Assembly (NCBI RefSeq): GCF_006345805.1
Contig: NW_021835978.1
Span: 1-64,000 of the forward strand
DNA length: 64,000 bases
From: Octopus sinensis
Taxonomy: Eukaryota
Direction: 5' to 3'
Below are positions 12,576-23,912 of this stretch, piece after piece (position 1 is the first letter of the stretch; every line of letters begins with the position of its first letter). The position numbers and the translations under genes are program-made. The notes beneath the pieces are model-generated. The model was not told the DNA's origin. It did not search any database and saw only the letters and a list, made by a program, of their open reading frames with translations.

Positions 12576-12667
12576 TTTTTAGTACAATCGTTTCATACAA
12601 GGACAGGCTTTATTAAAAGTTGTAAAAATTACAGCATATAAACGTTCCCGTACTCATCAGCTAAAAT
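12576..12667 (-). ncRNA. Type I hammerhead ribozyme, intact core, extended stem II
   Basis: ttttag CTGATGA g tacgggaac..37 nt..gtccttgta t GAAAC gatt GTA ctaaaa; 6-bp stem I, GUA cleavage triplet. Confidence 0.85.
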
Positions 12668-14120
12668 ACATCTGAGTTCTCTAGACATCCTAGTGGTTGA
12701 GGCTATACTCATGAAGTAATGTAGATAATTAAGTAACATAAACAGATTTCCAAAGTTCATTAAAGTTCTTTAAAGATGATGTACAGTCTTATCACAGAAT
12801 TTTAAAAAAGTTCTAATAGCATCACAGAGAAGGTGACCTAATCCATAGAGCACATATGAATTTCCAGAGATATGATGAGGGATTACATACTCACAGAAGA
12901 CAAATTTATCCATTGTTAATCACAACGAGGTGGGTCTCAATTCCTGCTTATTAGCATTACAGAGAGGGTGAATTAATCCTTTGTATAGATGCACAATTTC
13001 CAATGGTGTAGATGTAAGTTTCCAGAGAAATGAAGAGGAATTTCATATTCACAGGCGATAAATTTATCAATGGTTGAACACAATGAGGTAGGTATCAAAA
13101 CTTGTTATATGATTAGGTATTTGCCACATTAATCACATTACTGCTATTTACAAGAGGCTGTAGCTATTTAACTTTTAAAGGCTGAAGGGCTTTCTAGAGA
13201 GGCCAAGAATAGAAAGGGAAGGGAATAGAAGAAAAGAGAGAAAATAAAGGAGGAGGGAGCAAAAAAAGGGGAAAGGGGACTAAAAGAGAAGAGAAAAGGA
13301 AAAAGAGAATAAGAAGAAGAAACAGAAAAAAGAGAAAAGAGAAAGAAATAGGGAAAGAAGGGAAAAAATAAAAATAAAAAAGAGGGTTCTAGTTATACAG
13401 ACGAATTAGTAGACGGCAAGTCTGGTTTTAATTTACAGGCATCTAGGAACTCGAGGAGAATATTATTCTTTGGCCAGTAAAACAGCTAATTTATTGCTGT
13501 TGAAATCAGCTATGAATTTAAAGAGAATCTAAAGAGATAACACAGTCAGGGGTTTAGGGGTCAGATGCTAAAATCAAAAGAAAATACATTAGGAAAATCT
13601 AAGTATAATCTTATCAAAAAGTCAATAAAACTTACTTATTTAATTTATTCATTTTATTGTCTATAGGAGTTGCCGTTATTATTCATACATTGACGGACTA
13701 CAGGTCAAATCTTAGAAGATCATTTACAAGGTGTTAGGGGATTGTCTATCATAATGAAGATAATCATATTATCACCGAGGGGGTAGCCTTATTTATTTAA
13801 TTTTGAAATAGAATTATGGGGCTATAGTATCTCATTTTATTTTATTAGAGTTATGCTACTTAAATTAGATTAAGTTAGGAATTAAAATTAAAAATTACAA
13901 TTAAGATTTAAAATTAAGAATTTAAAAATTATGAGTTTGAAATTAAATAAAGCCTCAATTAAGCAGCGTATAAGTACTATTCATTTCCTGTTCTCAAAAA
14001 ACTGATGCAGATATAAGGAAAAAGATAACTGTAGTGTGAGGACTCTTAGTTATCTACTTAAAGCAGTGCTATACTAGTAGAAATCAGTTATATCTATCTA
14101 TCTAGTTACGGATATTCTAA

Positions 14121-15110
14121 TCATTTAAAATATTTTAAAGTCTTCAATTTAGCGTGGACACAAACTTGACCTAGTTCGATATGATTATTCAATAAGTTTC
14201 TATGTTTTCTATGCTTTAGAATTTCATACGTCTCCATGGAGCATAGTTGGCAACCAACCCTACTATTTTTATACGGAATGCTCTCCTAACTATTTCCCAA
14301 TTAAGGTTATAATTTTTATTATTATTTTTGAGTTCCCAGATTTTGTTTGAAAGTGTGGTGGTACCAGCTTTATGACGTAATTTAAAAGACGAGATGTGAT
14401 TTCTAACTCTGGCTAGAAAATTAATTGTACATCCAACGTAAAGATATTTGTTATTCTCCGTGGATATGGTACATTTATAGATTACATTATTTTCCCCACA
14501 TAGACCAGGTGCCGGGCATTTTGATTTTATTCTACACTTACACACAGGAGGAGCAACTCAGGCTTTGGATTATTCTTGGGTAGATGTCTTAGGTTCCTAT
14601 TATTTTGATTATCATTTCTATAGTTGGTGCTGATATCTAAAGTATTGCTATTATTTATTGATCCTTCAGCTTCATCATTTAGGTTTAAAGTCCTACCATG
14701 ATTTCTGATATTATTGGTAATGTTACTATTATTGTTAGTCTTTTATCCGACTGCATATTGCTGTTATAAATATCACTGATATTTTCATTCTCCTTATTTT
14801 CTCCATTAGCCTTATATCTATTATTTCTATTATTAACATTATTACTTCTATTAATATCGGCATTGTTATTATTACTATTAATGTTAATGTTATTAGTCAT
14901 TCTGTGGTTACTAATTTCACCTATGTTTTGATAGTTACTATTGTTGTTTTTATTGTTGGTAGTATTATTATAATTGCTATTGGTATTCATGCTGATATTA
15001 TTATTTTTATTTCTATCTTTCCTGGCTAGTTTAATGTTTTTATTATTAATCTTAGCTATTAAAGTGGACATATTTGGGAGGGTTGATAAGAAATCCTAAC
15101 TGTTTTCCTA
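14121..15110 (-). pseudogene. Penelope RT/EN ORF C-terminal remnant (several frameshifts)
   Basis: ORF-track segments 14685-15071 and 14216-14545 join across frameshifts into one PLE protein C-terminus. Confidence 0.88.
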
Positions 15111-15124
15111 GATATAATTCTATG

Positions 15125-15174
<50 letters not shown>

Positions 15175-15930
15175 AATACATACATATATAAATACATACA
15201 TATATAAATACACACACACACACGCACTCATATTTTCAGGAGACAGTTGTAAATCAAATTCACAAAAACAAAGTAATATGTCATTTGTGTGTATATGTAT
15301 TTATGTATGTCTGACTATATATGTATGTGTGTACGCGTGTGTGCGCGCGCGCGTGTTTAAAACAAGTGCTTAAGAATGAATTTTCTTTTCCATTTAGGGT
15401 ATTGAAGCAAATATGCAAATATTCTGAAGTTCGTTTTTTTGGATTACTCTTTGTTTTACGCCAGCATTTAGGATAACATTAGTTTAAAGTGGAAATATGT
15501 CAAACGTGACTTTTAAAACAACGGCGACAGCAACAACAACAACCTCTGCAACAATTATAATACCATGAGGTTGATGACAATTTTGACGACGACGACTAAA
15601 CGCATTCTTTCATTTGCCACAGGGGCGTCAGGTGAAGCGAACATTACTAAGATTGGCTACAATATGTCGGGGCATACATAAAGCATGGCACGCGGGTAAA
15701 ATGGGAGATTTCCAGAAATGTAATTAGAAAACGAATGGTGTACAAAATATAAGAATACATAGCTGATACAGACTTCCTGATGTCGGAAAGTATCCAACTA
15801 GGGTCAAATAAGGGCCACAATAGATGGACGGTCATCCCCGGCTACAAAGAGTAAGGGGACCCTCCACACAGCAGAATGTTGGGTTCTGATCACAGAGGCA
15901 TATGCTTTAAGTAGCTCTATTCACGTTAAA

Positions 15931-16065
15931 GGAGGCACATAGCCTAGTGGTTAGAGTAGCGGACTCGCGGTCGAGGAAAAGCAGGTTCGAATCTCAGACC
16001 GAGCCATGTGTGTGTTTATGAGCGCAACACCTAAGCTCCACGCGGTTCCGACAGAAGTAATGTTC
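15931..16065 (+). mobile_element. SINE family A head fragment
   Basis: ggaggcacatagcctagtggttagagtagcggactcgcggtc..ggttcgaatc..cacctaagctccacg. Confidence 0.75.
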
Positions 16066-16625
16066 TCATGGCTTCTGATCTTAACTGATTGGAAGTGTTA
16101 GCATGTACATTGTTTTGTCTTGGTATAAAAGATGGGCTACAGCAAATATTCTGCTCAATACCACAGATTTGCTTGTCAGTTGTTTGACTTTAACCAGTTG
16201 AGCATGTCCTTTGGTGGCTAACGATATGACTACGAGCAGAAGTAGTGGGGGAGCATCATAACCATGTGTTGAGAGAAATTGTTTAGAGTTTGAATAATTC
16301 ACCTCTGGAAACATGGGTGTTTCGTCCAACACCCTTAAACAACTCGTAGTCAGGGATCATTTCAGCAGAATTGATTACTTGATGTGAAGAAAATTATACC
16401 TGGGCCCCACCTGCAATGTCATACGCTGTTTATCGTGATATGAGGACACCGTGTTACGCACATATGGTCGTGATACATGTGACCGGTGTACCCTTATCAG
16501 ACGGTTATTTCTGATGGGTATACTGGCTTCATATATTTTACCCCCGTGTCACTTTGATGGCATGCACTATGATGATGATGATGATGATGATTATAATAAT
16601 AATATAATAATAATAATAATAATAA
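16066..16625 (+). mobile_element. Non-coding repeat X, copy 1 (5'-truncated), ending in (GAT)n(TAA)n
   Basis: Direct, diverged copy of 16724-17250 (ctcatggcttctgatcttaactgattggaagtg..gtcactttgatggcatgcact). Confidence 0.8.
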
Positions 16626-16628
16626 TAA

Positions 16629-16713
16629 ATGCCCTGATGCAGTACCAGGATGCCCTGATGCAGTACCAGGATGCCCTGATGCAGTACCTAAGATGCCCTG
16701 ATGCAGTACCAGG
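16629..16713 (+). repeat. 4 x 21-bp tandem repeat
   Basis: Units 16629-16649, 16650-16670, 16671-16692 (22-bp variant), 16693-16713. Confidence 0.95.
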
Positions 16714-17260
16714 CAGTGGCTCTCATGGCTTCTGATCTTAACTGATTGGAAGTGTTATCATGTACATTGTTTTGTCTTGGTATAAAAGATGGGCTACAGC
16801 AAATATTCTGCTCAATACCACAGATTTGCTTGTCAGTTGTTTGACCTTAACCAGTTGAGCATGTCCCTTCGTGGCTGACAATATGTGCATCTCTGATCAC
16901 GAGCAGAAGTAGTGGGAGAGCATCATAGCCATGTGTTTGAGAGGGATTCTTTGGGGTTTGAATAGTTCACCTCTGGAAACATGGGTGGTTCTTTCAACAT
17001 CCTTAAACAACCCTTATTCAGGGACCGTTTGAGCGGGATGGGCTACACAATCTGAAGAAAATTCTAACTGGGCCCCACCTGCAAGGTCATGTGCTGTTTA
17101 TCTTGATATGAGATCACCATGTCGCGCACATATGGTTGTGATGCATGTGCCTGGTGTACCTTTATCAGACGGGTAGTCATGATGGGTATATTGGGCTTCG
17201 TATATTTTAACCCAGTGTCACTTTGATGGCATGCACTGCTCTCTCACTCAATAATAATAA
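16629..17260 (+). mobile_element. Non-coding repeat X, copy 2, with reiterated 5' end, flanked by (TAA)n
   Basis: Begins directly after (TAA)n with 4x atgccctgatgcagtaccagg and ends ..ctctctcactcaataataataa. Confidence 0.8.
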
Positions 17261-17296
17261 AAAAAAAAAAAAAAAAAATAATAATAATAATAATAA

Positions 17297-18733
17297 TACT
17301 TAGGAATCCATGAACTAGATAAGACACAACACACAAATGAAAGAGAAAATAAAAAAAGAATATTATAGACGAGTTAGATCAATACTAAACACAGAGCTCA
17401 ATGCTAAAAACAAGATAATAGGTATCAACACTTTAGCTGTCCCAGTTATAAGTTACAGCTACAATATCCTTAACTGGACACGAAATGAACTGACCAAAAT
17501 AGATAGGAAAACAAGAAAAATAATGACAGGATCTAGGATGCATCACCCAAAATCTGACATAGAAAGACTATATATACAACGTATAGAGTGGTAGAGGCCT
17601 TATACAGCTGGAAAACTACTATAAAATAACCACCATAGGACTGCAAACATATCTACTTCAGAAGGAAGGAAAACTGATCCAGATAGCGGCAAAACACGAG
17701 CAAAACAAAAAAACTGTTCTCAGTATTTAAGGAAGCTGACAAATACAACAAGAAATCATACCACCTAATAAACATGAAGAATAAGAAGAAGAGATGAGAA
17801 CAACAAAAGCTATAAAACAAATGAAATCCAAACTAAAAATAGAACAGCAACGAACCATGATAAACGATGGCAAGAAAAGCCCCTTCATGGTAAATACTGG
17901 ACTAAACTAAACGCAAAAGAAATAGACAAAGAAAAATCCCAGCAATGGTTGAGAAGCTCAGGACTCAAAGCAGAGACAGAGGGATTTTTAATTGCAGCAC
18001 AAGACCAAAGGCTCCCCACCAGAAATTACCAAAAACATGTAATGAAAAGAATATTACAAGTAACTGCAGAATATGTGGAGATGGACAAGAAACAATAAAT
18101 CATATTATCTCTAGCTGCCCAGTCCTGGCTAAGAAGGAATATATTCACAGACATGACAGAGTTGGAACCTACATACATTGGAAGCTATGCCAACATTATG
18201 GAATAACAACAGAAAAAAGATGGTATAGGCACACACCAGAAAAGGTCACAGAAAACGAGAAAGCAACCATACTCTGGATATGCCGATACACACAGATAGA
18301 GAAATTAAGGCCACAGACCAGATATAGTTGTCAGAGACCATGAAGAAAAAAAATGCTTTCTAAGTGATGTATCAATACCGGCTGATGACAACGTGTCTCT
18401 AAAAGAAATGGAGAAACTCTCAAAATACAAAGACCTGGAAATAGAGGTAACTAGAATGTGGAATCTGAAAACAGAAACAATTCCTATCATAGTAGGTGCA
18501 TTAGGCATAATAAAAAAATATTCAGACAAATACATAACAAAAACACCAGGACTTACAAACACATATAACATACAGAAAATTGCACTACTAGGCACTGCAC
18601 ACATCCTACGCAGAACACTTTCCATACAATAACCATCAGAGCATCACAACAAATCACAGCACATACCCAAGGCACACAGAGCTACGCTCGGTAGTGAAGT
18701 GAAAGCACGCTATAAAAATAAAACTACTGAATA
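17297..18733 (+). mobile_element. R4/Dong-clade non-LTR retrotransposon, 5'-truncated, inserted in (TAA)n
   Basis: YLG..KEYYRRVRSILNTELNAKNKIIGINTLAVPVISYS..DRKTRK..HHPKSDIERLY; CCHC knuckle CRICGDGQETINHIISSC; RHDRV..HW; REL nuclease (RPDIVV..DVSIP..EKLSKYKDL..PIIVGALG); stop at 18632, ~100-bp 3'UTR, (TAA)n on both sides. Confidence 0.9.
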
Positions 18734-18764
18734 ATAATAATAATAATAATAATAATGACTTCAA

Positions 18765-18970
18765 ATTTTGGGGGTGAGCTGTAAGTGGATTATATCAACC
18801 TCATAGTTCAAGTGGATTATATCAACTCCATAGTTCAAGTGGTACTTATTTCATTGACTCCATTAGGATGAAAAGCAAAGTGGACTTTATAATTAGAACC
18901 TGAAGACGGACGAAATTACGCTAAGTATTATGCCCGGCGAGCTAACGATCCTGCGAGCTCACCGCCCTAA
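18765..18970 (-). mobile_element. SINE family D, diverged, with internal 28-bp duplication
   Basis: Family D similarity; aagtggattatatcaac occurs twice at ~18783-18835. Confidence 0.7.
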
Positions 18971-18990
18971 TAATAGTAAAAATATATGTG

Positions 18991-19362
18991 GTATTCCGTC
19001 GGTTACGACGACGAGGTTTTCATTTGATCTGATCAACAGAACAGCCTGCTCCTGAAATTAACGTGCAAGTGGCTGAGCACTCCACAGATATGTGTACACT
19101 TAACGTAGCTCTAGGGGAGATTCAGCACGACACAAGGCTGGCCTCTTTGAAATACAGGTAGAACAGAAACAGGAAGAAAGAGCGAGAGAGAAAGTCGTGG
19201 TGAAAGAGTTCAGCAGGGTTCGCTAACACCCACTGTCGGATCCTCATGGAGCTTTTAAGTGTTTTCGCTCAATATAACACTCACAACGCCCGGTCTGGGA
19301 ATCCAAACCGCAAGCCCACGACCGCAAGTCCGCTGCCCTAACCACTTAGCCATTGCGCCTCC

Positions 19363-19364
<2 letters not shown>
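18991..19364 (-). mobile_element. SINE family A, near full length
   Basis: Reverse complement of 61235-61621. Confidence 0.9.
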
Positions 19365-19395
<31 letters not shown>

Positions 19396-19407
19396 GCAAT
19401 AATAATG

Positions 19408-19441
<34 letters not shown>

Positions 19442-19510
19442 TAATGATAATGATAATAACAGTCATGGTGATGATGATGGTTATAATAATAATAATAATG
19501 ATAATAAATT
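19365..19510. repeat. Compound (AAC)n(AAT/GAT)n microsatellite
   Basis: Directly visible. Confidence 0.95.
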
Positions 19511-20157
19511 TCCATTTATTTTCAATTATATATATTGGATTATAATAATCACACCAATAATAATAAAACCGGTTTTTTTCCGGTTACTTTACGTATAGTT
19601 TTCTGTATTACGTATAGCTTCCATCACCGTCCCGCACGTGACGAAGACGGCTTCCTCACCAGCACCACCAGCACCACCACCACTGCCACCACTACCACCA
19701 CTACCACCACTACCACCACTACCACCACCACCGCCTCCGTCACCACAATCCTCGATGGCTTGACCACCATATATAAACAATATAGACTCAAGATCGAGTG
19801 TAATCGAGGTTAGTTTAGATTCAAAATATAGGAAAACGAAGAGTTTTTACCCATAACGCCAACGGCAAATTCCGGAGAATCCAATATAATCGTATTCGTT
19901 GTCGTTCCAACAAATTATTCCCGAAAAATCTATTGATTTCATGTATACTCTGTTAGATGTTATACAAAATTTATTTAAAGCCAGGTATGTCTACATCAAC
20001 AAATATAGCTTTAACGCTTTTGTTAAAAGAGAATTTCACCGGCGGCCATATTGCTAGGTCGGATCTAACGGCTTTGCTGATTCCGCTAATATTTTTCTGG
20101 AGTAGTGTACGTGTGTATGTATCGATGTATGATATATGTATGTATATATAAATACTT

Positions 20158-20193
<36 letters not shown>

Positions 20194-20230
20194 GTATGTA
20201 TGTATATATGTATATCTACGTTTCTCTTTC

Positions 20231-20280
<50 letters not shown>

Positions 20281-20458
20281 CATACACATATATTTTGTTA
20301 TTCAGTCTGTCGCTACAGGCTAGACACATTCTTATCTGTCTCCTCTCCTATTTTTTCTCTTGTCAAAGAATATTCTTCCAGTGTTCACTATCTTACCTCG
20401 TCTGGCCTAACGACCCTCCCTGTTTGTTTGTTTTTTTTTTCGTTTCGTTTGATATATA

Positions 20459-20880
20459 CTCTTTACTCTTTTACTCTATTACTTGTTTCAGTCATTTGAC
20501 TGCGGCCATGCTGGAGCACCACATTTAGTCGAGCAAATCGACCCCGGGACTTATTCTTTGTAAGCCCAGTACTTATTCTATCGGTCTCTTTTGCCGAACC
20601 GCTAAGTGACGGGGACGTAAACACACCAGCATCGGTTGTCAAACAATGCTAAGGGGACAGACACAGACACACAAACATACACACACATACATATATATAT
20701 ATATACATACATATATACGACAGGCTTCTTTCAGTTTCCGTCTACCAAATCCACTCACAAGGCTTTGGTCGGCCCGAGGCTATAGCAGAAGACACTTGCC
20801 CAAGATGCCACGCAGTGGGACTGAACCCGGAACCATGTGGTTGGTAAGCAAGCTACTTACCACACAGCCACTCCTGCGCC
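20459..20880 (-). mobile_element. SINE family C, full length, low divergence
   Basis: tRNA-like head (ggttcagtccc), central (TA/TG)n microsatellite, tail with (GAGTAAAA)-type repeats. Confidence 0.92.
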
Positions 20881-21120
20881 TATGTGCTGTTTTTGTTACC
20901 AACTTTGTCCCTCCGCAAATCCCAAATATTATTTTGGTTTGCGGGAGCAACTGATTCTCAAAAACACATATTGTCGTGAATTGCTCGAAATGTGGAGTAG
21001 ATAAACAGCCGACAACTGAGGATGGGCCGTCTTGTTTTCCATGTGTTTCTCTCGTTGTTTCCATAGAATATTTGTCTTCCTATTTCGTGTGTTTACGTTT
21101 TGTGACGTCCTGTACCCATA
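20880..21120 (+). repeat. Unclassified dispersed repeat family E
   Basis: Homologous to 11560-11830. Confidence 0.6.
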
Positions 21121-21122
21121 TA

Positions 21123-21182
<60 letters not shown>

Positions 21183-21455
21183 ATATATATTATATATATA
21201 TATATAATATTTCAGGGATTATTATTCCTAACTTACAGGGAAAAATTCAATTTAGAAATACTAAGTAAAATTTCACAAAATATGATACATATATATAAAA
21301 ATTCGAAAAAAAGCACCTTATATCAATTCAAAATAAACAATAAAATTACACTATTTAGAAAATTACATATAATAGAAATATTAAAATTAAAATAACAATA
21401 ATATATCGACGATTAAGTAAATTGCAAAATAATAATAAAAACGTATATATTCGGT

Positions 21456-21512
21456 AGAATAACGACACGTGTTTCGTGGCTATTTTTAATATACCCACTC
21501 ATCAGGATAAAA
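21456..21512 (-). ncRNA. Minimal type I hammerhead ribozyme, intact core with GUC site
   Basis: CTGATGA gtgggtat-attaaaa-atagccac GAAAC acgt GTC; stem I only partly paired. Confidence 0.72.
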
Positions 21513-21556
21513 TTAAACTAGAATATTAAAATAATTATTTAATAGATATACTTTAA

Positions 21557-21605
<49 letters not shown>

Positions 21606-21924
21606 TATATATAAGATACTAAATATACATTAAGTGAAAACTAAAAACAATACTTAAATTGTTCAATACTTAAAAATTAATTAATATACACAATGCTTGT
21701 ACAAGCCATTAATATTGTAATCAAAATAAGAAATGGTTCAAATATAGACAAACTCATTAAATATGCTAACTATATAATTAATATATATGTGTAGTATCTA
21801 GGGATTTAATATATCACTCTATAATATAGTTGACTAAATATCAATTAATATAATACCTAATTATCTTAAATTTAATACTACTTAATAAATATACCACCAA
21901 ATAATTAAATAATATATTGTCTGT

Positions 21925-22080
21925 CTTTATCGCGTGAGTTCGAACTCTGCCGAGGTCGACTTTGCCTTTGATTTTCACAGTGTCAATAAAATAAGTACCG
22001 GATGAGCACTGAGATGGGTGTAATCAACTTGGTCCTTTGGTCCTTTCCTCGAAACCGCTGGCCTTGTGCCAAAATTTGAA
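21925..22080 (+). mobile_element. SINE family D fragment
   Basis: gagttcgaactctgccgaggtcgactttgcc..ccttgtgccaaaatttgaa. Confidence 0.75.
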
Positions 22081-22864
22081 ACGGATATTAGATATAGTGC
22101 GACTCAAACGTTTCCTTGTTATTGGCGTGCAGACAAACAGTGGTGGGTCTTGGTCATGACGTAGAAACAAACATCGAAACCGTGAAGTAATTGTTTACCA
22201 AATCTAACGCATAACATCGTGAAGTTTACATGTTTCATACTCACTTCTTTCTCAGTGTGTAAGTGACATTTGGTCATTACAAATATATTATGTGCCTTCG
22301 AGCTCTCTCTTAGGTAACAAACGAAAAGATTTTCGTTTATCGTGTTTTTCTAATATATTTTTTGCGCTAATGTTTAATTGGGCATCGCGTAAATTAAGTT
22401 GTGTTCAATGAATTTATATAGTCTATGATCACGTGCTCATAATCTATTCTGTCTATAGCCTGAATCTAATTTCTTTATATATATATATATATATATCGTT
22501 GTCGAATTTGCTTCTGTAACGTGTTTGAATATCCATTTATTAACCTATGTTTGCTTGCTTCATTTATTAATGTATTTACGTAGATCATCTCTTGTTGGTG
22601 AAAACGTTAAGACACTTTGTCAGGGATGTATTTTACAACCGGCATTGTTGCTGTTATTGATGTAATAGATGCTTTTTTAAAAATTTAACACTAAGCCAGC
22701 CATGACCGAGTAGACTAACCGTATAGGACTGGCTTTATATTTATTCTTAAATCTCAACTCATCTCATCTTCTTCGCCCGTTTTTTCCTGGGAGGCTCGTG
22801 GGCGAATGGGGTGAGGCAGAGACCTCTCCCCTTGCCCGCTATCTCTGCTATTGGCCTGGGGTGA

Positions 22865-23110
22865 GCAATGTCTTGTGAGTGGATTTGGTTGACGGAAACT
22901 GTGTGGAAGACTGTTGTTTATGTGTGTGTGTGTATGTGAGTGTGTATGTGAGTGTGTGTGTGAGTGTTTGTGTTTGTGTTTGTCCTCCACACTACTTGAT
23001 GGCCGGTGTTAGTTTGAGCAGTCCGACAAAACTACCGATGTAATAAGAACCAGACCAAAACCTTCGAGACGATGCCTCAGCATGGCCGCAGTCCAATGAC
23101 CTGAAACAAA
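22865..23110 (+). mobile_element. SINE family C fragment
   Basis: gtgagtggatttggttgacggaaactg..(TG)n..gcatggccgcagtcc. Confidence 0.7.
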
Positions 23111-23251
23111 CAAAATAGCATACATCGCTATAGACACACACTTCTATTTCTTTCTCTCTCTCTCTCTTTCACACACACACACACTCACACATGCATACAT
23201 ACCATTCGCACACTACGAAGAGTCATACTGAACCTCCCTAAAAGTAAACCT

Positions 23252-23350
23252 GTCTGTGGAGTACTCAGCCACTTGCAATTTAATTTTACAAGCAGGCTCT
23301 TTCGTTGACTGGATCAACTGGAAATCTCGTCGTCGTAACCGACGGAGAGC
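23252..23350 (+). mobile_element. SINE family A/B 3' tail
   Basis: gtctgtggagtactcagccacttgc..ctcgtcgtcgtaaccgacgg. Confidence 0.8.
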
Positions 23351-23870
23351 CGGTCTGAAGAAGAAAGACAAAGGAGGGAGGAGAACTAGAGAGAGAGACT
23401 ATTTTATATCTTTCAATTCTGCTAAATTTCAACTTTACAAAATTTGAATTAACCATGGATAGCTATAAAAAATTTGTTTTAGTATTAATGTATTAGACTG
23501 TAAGAAAATTTCGCTCGTTTTTTTTGTTTTTGTTTTTGTTTTTAAACATTTCATTTTAATTCTCACCAGTATTATTTGAATTAACACGAAAAATATTTTA
23601 TTGTATTTTTTTTTATATTGAGTTCTATTCTTCTTCCGAAAAATTTTGTTTACCGTTTTTGAAATTTGAATAAATTTTACTTCTTCACAGACAATAAAGT
23701 GTGAAGTTGGAAAAAAACAAAAAAACAAACACAGATGAATTTAAGCGACAACCACATATTTCATGAATGCAGCATTAAAAAATCTAAATAGAAATAAAAT
23801 ACACAGTGAGAATAAAATTCTCAATGAATAATATAATCTTGACAATGTTTTCGGCCGGTATCAGAGAAAA

Positions 23871-23912
23871 CGCAGTACGTGTTTCAGTCTTATTATGACT
23901 TCATCAGCGCTC
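23871..23912 (-). ncRNA. Minimal hammerhead motif, degenerate stems I/III
   Basis: gagcg CTGATGA agtc-ataataa-gact GAAAC acgta ctgcg. Confidence 0.55.

Larger units (their letters stand above)
12440..15115 (-). mobile_element. 5'-truncated Penelope-like element: RT-thumb end, Asn-rich linker, GIY-YIG endonuclease, long 3' region with HHR
   Basis: RKTVRISY..LPNMSTLIAKINNK (about 15110-15050); CKCRIKSKCP..LC..VIYKC..YLYVGCT..RNHISSF..LSNKIWELK; frameshifted YKNSRVGCQLCSMETYEIL..LLNNHIELGQVCVH to stop at 14121; HHR at 12576-12667. The left boundary is inferred. Confidence 0.85.

Noticed and set aside
15560-15930. Possible LINE 3' remnant
   Set aside because: No consistent motif recovered in any frame.
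16629-16713. CRISPR-like array
   Set aside because: The units are contiguous with no spacers; eukaryotic context with no cas genes.
19957-19984. Possible 28-bp micro-exon (ttag/ATG..CCAG/gtatgt)
   Set aside because: Good splice-like dinucleotides, but no neighbouring exons or recognisable peptide; such matches are common by chance.
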